DNA from: Dongiaceae bacterium
GTDB taxonomy: Bacteria > Pseudomonadota > Alphaproteobacteria > Dongiales > Dongiaceae
Assembly (NCBI GenBank): GCA_040902665.1
Contig: JBBDWX010000041.1
Span: 1-49,426 of the forward strand
Reading direction: 5' to 3'
Length of the DNA: 49,426 nt
Positions 44,176 to 49,426 of this stretch are shown here, piece by piece (position 1 is the first letter of the stretch; each line of letters opens with the position of its first letter). Position numbers and translations under genes: made by a program. A model generated the notes under the pieces. The model saw only the letters and a program-made list of their open reading frames with translations. It had not been told where the DNA came from and searched no databases.

Positions 44176-44183
44176 ATATGTAG

Positions 44184-45857
44184 ATGATCCGGATGAACGC
44201 ATCGGCAGCCCACAGCGACACGCCCCGCCTCCCCGATCTGCTGCCGCTCTGCGCGGCCGCGCTTGGCGAGGCGGATGCGCTCGTCGCGCGACTGAAGGTT
44301 GCGGTCGCCGAGAGCGTGACCCGCGCCGGCAAGATCGACGCGGCTTTGCTCGATACTGAGCAATTCGCGGCGCATGGCTTCGCCTGGTTTGCGACCTATG
44401 CGATGGCGCTGCGCGAGCTGCTGCATTGGGCCGAGCGACTCGATGGGGACGGACGGCTCGGCGAACGCGAGTCACTCATTCTGCAGATCGGGTTCGGCGA
44501 GTATCTCGCCCAGATGGCCGGCGGCCTGCCGATGAGCCAAAGCGAGATCGCGCGGACATCGGATGCCGGGATCGACGCACAGGATTTTGCCGCCGCCCGT
44601 TCCGTCGCCACCCTGATCGCATCCGGCGGCAACGCGGCGCGGATGCAACTCGCGGCGCTGATCGCCGAGGGCGATTTCGGCGAGCCGGCGCTCGGCGACG
44701 AGACACTCGCGATGGTGCGTGACCAGTTTCGCCGCATCGCCGACGATCACGCTGCCGAGGCGCACGATTGGCATCGCAAGGACGAACTGATCCCGATGTC
44801 GGTGATCGAGGAACTGGCCGGTCTCGGTATCTTCGGCCTGACCGTGCCGGAAGAATATGGCGGGCTCGGCATGGGCAAGATCGCGATGTGCGTCGTGACG
44901 GAGGAACTGGCGCGTGGCTATATCGGGCTCGGCTCGCTCGGCACGCGCTCCGAGATAGCGGCAGAACTGATCCGGCTTGGCGGTACCGCCGCACAAAAGA
45001 CCGAATGGCTGCCGAAACTCGCTTCGGGCGAGATTTTACCGACCGCCGTCTTCACCGAGCCTTCGACCGGCTCGGACCTCGGCGCGCTCAAGACCCGCGC
45101 GGTGCGCGATGGCAACATCTATCGCATCACCGGCAACAAGACCTGGATCACGCATGCGGCGCGCTCGGACATGATGACGCTTCTTGCACGTACGGATGCG
45201 AGTTCGATGGATTGGCGGGGACTGTCGATGTTTCTCGCGCCCAAGCCGCGCGGCAGCGACGCCGATCCGTTTTCCGCGAAGGGCATGACCGGCGGCGAGA
45301 TCAAGGTTCTCGGCTATCGCGGCATGAAGGAATACGAACTCGCCTTCGACAATTTCGAGGTGCCGGTGGCGAACCTGCTGGGCGGGCAGGAAGGCAATGG
45401 CTTCAAGCAGCTCATGGCGACCTTCGAGAGCGCGCGCGTGCAGACGGCGGCGCGTGCCGTGGGCGTCGCGCAGAACGCGCTCGAGTTGGCATTGTCCTAT
45501 GCACAGGAGCGCATCGCCTTCGGCAGGAAGATCGCCGAATTTCCGCGCGTCGCGGTCAAGCTCGCGATGATGGCGACCGAAACGATGATCGCACGCCAGC
45601 TCACCTATTTTGCTGCGCGCGAGAAGGACGGCGACCGGCGCTGCGATATCGAGGCCGGCATGGCGAAGCTGCTGGCCGCGCGTGTCGCCTGGGCCGCGGC
45701 CGACAATGCGCTGCAGGTGCATGGCGGCAACGGCTATGCCGAGGAATATGCGGTGAGCCGTGTGCTTTGCGATGCGCGCATCCTCAATATTTTCGAGGGC
45801 GCCGCCGAAATCCAGGCGCATGTCATCGCGCGCGGGCTGCTGAGCGGGCGGAATTAG
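44184..45857 (+). CDS. mcd: (2S)-methylsuccinyl-CoA dehydrogenase-type acyl-CoA dehydrogenase
   Basis: 557 aa. A ~170-aa N-terminal extension precedes a canonical ACAD core (TEPSTGSDL...WITHA...GGNGYAEEY...EGAAEIQ). Lies directly downstream of ccr. Confidence 0.75.
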   Translation: MIRMNASAAHSDTPRLPDLLPLCAAALGEADALVARLKVAVAESVTRAGKIDAALLDTEQFAAHGFAWFATYAMALRELLHWAERLDGDGRLGERESLILQIGFGEYLAQMAGGLPMSQSEIARTSDAGIDAQDFAAARSVATLIASGGNAARMQLAALIAEGDFGEPALGDETLAMVRDQFRRIADDHAAEAHDWHRKDELIPMSVIEELAGLGIFGLTVPEEYGGLGMGKIAMCVVTEELARGYIGLGSLGTRSEIAAELIRLGGTAAQKTEWLPKLASGEILPTAVFTEPSTGSDLGALKTRAVRDGNIYRITGNKTWITHAARSDMMTLLARTDASSMDWRGLSMFLAPKPRGSDADPFSAKGMTGGEIKVLGYRGMKEYELAFDNFEVPVANLLGGQEGNGFKQLMATFESARVQTAARAVGVAQNALELALSYAQERIAFGRKIAEFPRVAVKLAMMATETMIARQLTYFAAREKDGDRRCDIEAGMAKLLAARVAWAAADNALQVHGGNGYAEEYAVSRVLCDARILNIFEGAAEIQAHVIARGLLSGRN

Positions 45858-45908
45858 CTGCCGTCTTTCCCCCTCGCCCCCTGTGCCCTGGCCCGCTAAG
45901 CTTGGCCC

Positions 45909-46490
45909 ATGACCGGTACCATCATACTCCTCGTCCTGATCGCCATTCCGCTGGCGGTCGCGGCCTATGTCTGGATGACCTACAACCGCCTGATCTCGCT
46001 CAGGAACCGGATCGACGAGGCGTGGAGCGACATCCAGGTGCAAATGAAGCGGCGCTACGATCTGGTGCCGAACCTGGTGGAAACCGTGAAGGGTTACGCA
46101 ACGCAGGAGCGCGACGTGTTCGAGAGCGTCGTCAAGGCGCGCTCGGCCGCGATGGCGAACCAGGGCACGGCCGCCGAGCAGGCCAAGAGCGAGAACATGC
46201 TGACCGGCGCGCTGAAAAGTCTGTTCGCGCTGGCCGAGGCCTATCCCGAGCTGAAATCGAACGAGAACTTCCTGCAGATGCAGCGCGACCTCGCCGAGAT
46301 CGAAGACCATATCCAGCGCTCGCGCCGCTTCTATAACGGATCGGCGCGCGAGATGAACGATGCCGTCCGGCAGTTTCCGAGCAACCTCGTCGCCGGCGCC
46401 TTCAAGTTCGGCACGGCAACCTATTTCGAGCTCGACGCCGATGAGGCGGAAGCCGCGCGCAAGCCGGTGCCGGTCGACTTCAAGCGATGA
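45909..46490 (+). CDS. lemA: LemA family protein
   Basis: 193 aa. N-terminal TM, then YNRLISLRNRIDEAWSDIQVQMKRRYDLVPNLVETVKGYA. Confidence 0.85.
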   Translation: MTGTIILLVLIAIPLAVAAYVWMTYNRLISLRNRIDEAWSDIQVQMKRRYDLVPNLVETVKGYATQERDVFESVVKARSAAMANQGTAAEQAKSENMLTGALKSLFALAEAYPELKSNENFLQMQRDLAEIEDHIQRSRRFYNGSAREMNDAVRQFPSNLVAGAFKFGTATYFELDADEAEAARKPVPVDFKR

Positions 46491-48406
46491 TCCGGGCACC
46501 CGCGGTCGGGCTGCTCGGCGCCGCGCTGCTTGCTTTTCTTTTCACCGCGCTTGCACAGCCGACGGCGGTTTTCGCCCAGGAACGCATTCTGGATTTCGAT
46601 GTCGGGATCGTCGTCGAAACCGACGGTGCGGTATCCGTCACCGAAACCATCGTCGTCAAGGTCGAGGGCGATCTGATCGAGCGCGGCATCTTCCGCGACA
46701 TCCCGTTCGGCAGCAGCGGTCGCGGCGGCTTCGAGGTAATCGAGATCGCGCGCAACGGCGAGCCGGAACCCTGGGCTCTGGAATCGATTTCCGGCGGTGT
46801 CCGCATCCGCATCGGCGATGCCGATGTCATGCTGCCACATCGCGCACAGACATATCTGATCCGCTACCGCATGGCGGACCAGGTCGGGTACGGCACCGAC
46901 AAGGACGAGATTTACTGGAATGCAACCGGCAACGAATGGGCATTTCCGATCGACCGGGCGCGCGCGCTGGTCGTCCTGCCGGCCAGTGCCGAGGTTGTCG
47001 ATGCGGCCGCCTATACGGGCTATGTCGGCGAGGCGCGGCAGGGCCTCGTGCAGCGCTCGATGGGCGACAAGAGCGTTCTGTTCGAGACGACAGCCGTGCT
47101 GCGGTCGGGCGAAGGGCTGACCGTCGCGGTCGGCTTCCCCAAGGGTATCGTCACGCCGCCGTCGACGGCCGACCGGCTGCTCCGTCATGGCGCCGGCACC
47201 GGCACGCTGATCGGGGCCGGCGGTCTGCTGCTGGTGCTGCTTTATTATCTTTTCGCCTGGAGCCGCGTCGGTCGCGACCCGAGAGGCGGGCCGGTGATTG
47301 CGCGCTGGGAAAGCGATCTGCCGCCCGCGGCGATGCGCTTCCTCGACCGCATGCGGTTCGATTCGATGACGTTCGTAAGCGCGATCGTCAGCATGGCCGC
47401 CAAGGGCTGGCTGCGCATCGAGGAATCCGAAAAGAAAAAATACATGATCGTGCGGCGCGACGACATCGACGACGACGCGAAGAAACCGCTCTCGCCCGGC
47501 GAACGCAAAATTCTGGACCGATTGTTTCTCGGTGCCGAGCGGCTGTTCAGGGTCGAGCAATCCAATCGCAAGACCCTGCAGAAGGCACAGGCGGCGCTCA
47601 AATCGCATCTGGAAGGCGAATACGACCGCAGGTTCTTCGTCCGGAACCGGATCTGGTTCATTCCGGGTATCGGCCTCACGCTGATCGTCTGGATTGCGGT
47701 TGCCCTCTACGGCAACGACCCGGGGCTGGCGCTGTTCATGTCGCTCTGGCTTTCGGGCTGGACCGTCGGCTGCGTGCTGCTGTGCTGGAACGCGTTCAAA
47801 CTATGGCGCGACTTCCTGACCGGCCAGGGTTGGCAGAACCTGCCTGGCGCGATCGCGATGTCCGTGTTCGCCGTGCCGTTCCTGGGCGCCTGGCTGTTCG
47901 GAGCGTCGCAGCAGGCAGGAGCCGTCGGACTGGTCGGCCTTGTCTTCCTCGTGACCGCGATGCTGCTCAACATCCTGTTCTTCAAGCTGCTCGAGGCGCG
48001 CACCCCGCTCGGCCGCGCACAGGCCGACGAGATCGAGGGTATGCGCCTCTATCTCAGCGTGGCCGAAAAGGACCGGCTCGCCTTTCATCATCCGCCCGAA
48101 CGCACGCCCGAACATTTCGAGGCGCTGCTGCCTTATGCCGTCGCGCTGGGAGTCGAGGACGAATGGGCGCAGCAGTTCGAGGCGGTGTTCCAGCGCATCA
48201 CCGCCGAGACAAAAAGCGCCTATCGACCGGGCTGGTACAGTGGCAGCCGCTTCAGCGGCAGCGATTTCGGCAATTTCGGCCGCGCGTTTTCCGGCAGCGT
48301 CGCCGCGGCCGCGGCCAACCCGAGTTCGGGCGGTCGCACCGGCGGCTCGTCCGGCGGCGGATCGTCTGGCGGCGGTGGCGGCGGTGGCGGCGGTGGCGGC
48401 TGGTAG
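46487..48406 (+). CDS. DUF2207 family membrane protein with C-terminal poly-Gly/Ser tail
   Basis: 639 aa. Signal peptide, then ILDFDVGIVVETDGAVSVTETIVV, several TM segments, and a tail SSGGGSSGGGGGGGGGGGW. ATGA overlap with lemA. Confidence 0.8.
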   Translation: MIRAPAVGLLGAALLAFLFTALAQPTAVFAQERILDFDVGIVVETDGAVSVTETIVVKVEGDLIERGIFRDIPFGSSGRGGFEVIEIARNGEPEPWALESISGGVRIRIGDADVMLPHRAQTYLIRYRMADQVGYGTDKDEIYWNATGNEWAFPIDRARALVVLPASAEVVDAAAYTGYVGEARQGLVQRSMGDKSVLFETTAVLRSGEGLTVAVGFPKGIVTPPSTADRLLRHGAGTGTLIGAGGLLLVLLYYLFAWSRVGRDPRGGPVIARWESDLPPAAMRFLDRMRFDSMTFVSAIVSMAAKGWLRIEESEKKKYMIVRRDDIDDDAKKPLSPGERKILDRLFLGAERLFRVEQSNRKTLQKAQAALKSHLEGEYDRRFFVRNRIWFIPGIGLTLIVWIAVALYGNDPGLALFMSLWLSGWTVGCVLLCWNAFKLWRDFLTGQGWQNLPGAIAMSVFAVPFLGAWLFGASQQAGAVGLVGLVFLVTAMLLNILFFKLLEARTPLGRAQADEIEGMRLYLSVAEKDRLAFHHPPERTPEHFEALLPYAVALGVEDEWAQQFEAVFQRITAETKSAYRPGWYSGSRFSGSDFGNFGRAFSGSVAAAAANPSSGGRTGGSSGGGSSGGGGGGGGGGGW

Positions 48407-48570
48407 AAGGGCGGATCGGGCGGCTTTCACGCCTGCCCCTCGCCTTCACGGACGCAGCGCGTATAGGAACAGCAGGGCTCAATTCTCGCCGAACAACCAA
48501 GCGTCGGCCCAGGTTGCACGCAGCGCCGTGCTGGTGCGGCAACAGTGTGTGCGAAGTAAGGATGCCTACC

Positions 48571-49426
48571 ATGCATGCGATGATCGTTTCGGTCCATGAA
48601 CCGTATCGTTACGAAATCGTGCAGCGCGACGTTCCTACGCCTGGTCCGGGCGAATTGTTGCTGCACATGCGCGCGGCAGCGGTCAACTTCCGCGATCTCC
48701 TGATCAGGCGTAATCCGGTTAGCGCATATGGTGGTGACATGCGAGGCCGCGTTCCGCTGTCGGACGGCGTCGGCATCGTTATTGCGGTGGGAGAGGGCGT
48801 AACCGGCTACAAGGTGGGCGATCGTGTATCCCCCATCTTGTTTGCGCGCTGGATATCGGGTCCGCCGACGGCGGAAGCGATTGAAGTAGCGCTTGGCGCC
48901 GAGAAAGGAGGCGGAACCTGCGTCGAATTCCTGACGGTCGCCCAAGAGGCTGTCGTTGTGCCGCCGGATCATCTGTCGGATATCGAGGCAGCCACCTTGG
49001 CTTGTGCCGGTGTCGTGGCATGGGTTGCCTTGTTCGAGTATGGCCGGCTGAAGCCAGGCCAGACGGTCCTCCTTCAGGGCACGGGAGGGGTTTCGATCAT
49101 GGCACTGCAGTTCGCCGCCGCGGCCGGCGCGCGGACCATTATCACGTCTTCAAGCGACGAGAAACTTGAACGAGCAAAGGCACTGGGTGCGAACGAAACT
49201 ATAAACTACAAATCGACTCCGGAATGGGATGCGCGGGTGCTGCAACTGACCAATGGCGCAGGCGTAGACCATATCGTCGAAGTTGGCGGCGAGCGGACGC
49301 TGCCGCAATCGGCCAATGCGGCGGGTTTTGGATGCAGCATATCGCTGATCGGATTGCTGTCCGGCGTCGGGCGCGATATGCCGCCGGGCAGCATCAACAC
49401 GAAGATGCTGCATGTCCACGGTATGT
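48571..49426 (+). CDS. MDR-superfamily NAD(P)-dependent oxidoreductase (quinone oxidoreductase/alcohol dehydrogenase-like), 3' end outside the window
   Basis: Not in the ORF track because no stop is reached. My translation from ATG 48571 is open to the window end: MHAMIVSVHEPYRYEIVQRDVPTPGPGELLLHMRAAAVNFRD...VLLQGTGGVSIMALQFAAAAGA... Confidence 0.7.
   Translation, partial: MHAMIVSVHEPYRYEIVQRDVPTPGPGELLLHMRAAAVNFRDLLIRRNPVSAYGGDMRGRVPLSDGVGIVIAVGEGVTGYKVGDRVSPILFARWISGPPTAEAIEVALGAEKGGGTCVEFLTVAQEAVVVPPDHLSDIEAATLACAGVVAWVALFEYGRLKPGQTVLLQGTGGVSIMALQFAAAAGARTIITSSSDEKLERAKALGANETINYKSTPEWDARVLQLTNGAGVDHIVEVGGERTLPQSANAAGFGCSISLIGLLSGVGRDMPPGSINTKMLHVHGM

Noticed and set aside
45036-47608. 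Two long minus-strand ORFs (487 aa and 395 aa)
   Set aside because: They are antisense to mcd, lemA and DUF2207, all of which have strong family signatures. They are shadow ORFs.
1-49426. Scan for CRISPR arrays, IS elements/transposases, integrases, phage genes, toxin-antitoxin pairs, reverse transcriptases and rRNA
   Set aside because: No regularly spaced direct repeats were seen. No ORF shows DDE/tyrosine/serine recombinase, RT or phage structural signatures. The only repeats are the short intergenic inverted repeats at 44038-44175 and coding Gly-codon runs.

Overview
High-GC, alphaproteobacterial-type chromosomal segment. I can support about 60 features, and nearly all space is coding. 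The left ~22 kb ends at a tRNA-Leu(CAA) gene and looks accessory. It holds a glycosyltransferase/sulfotransferase-rich locus with an odd enzyme mix, including a frameshifted GT2 that runs in frame into a sulfotransferase domain. It also holds an orphan Flp pilin gene, an OYE-type Fe-S flavoprotein, a NitT/TauT-type ABC importer, a visibly A/T-richer ATP-grasp gene, an isochorismatase-family hydrolase and a LonC-like protease with degenerate ATPase motifs. The right ~27 kb is mostly housekeeping: DUF805, YqaA, DsbB, Coq7, HNH, esterase, AlkA-like glycosylase, GluQRS, TerC, a TfoX-NUDIX-NUDIX operon with tandem paralogs, a retropepsin-like protease, PhzF, a CHAP lipoprotein and a Rieske oxygenase. 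It also carries the ethylmalonyl-CoA pathway genes ecm, ccr and mcd, and metZ plus a third sulfotransferase behind what I read as a SAM-II riboswitch with an intrinsic terminator. The DUF898-M48 and LemA-DUF2207 membrane pairs and a 3'-truncated MDR oxidoreductase complete it. I found no CRISPR array, IS element, integrase, prophage genes or rRNA. I cannot demonstrate a definitively new system. The best candidates for a second look are the sulfation/glycosylation locus (1486-11791), the metZ-sulfotransferase unit under SAM control, an unclassified structured 5' leader that masks an RBS (34591-34688), and the LonC-like/isochorismatase/ATP-grasp/ABC block next to the tRNA. All family calls come from motif recognition by eye, not database searches.
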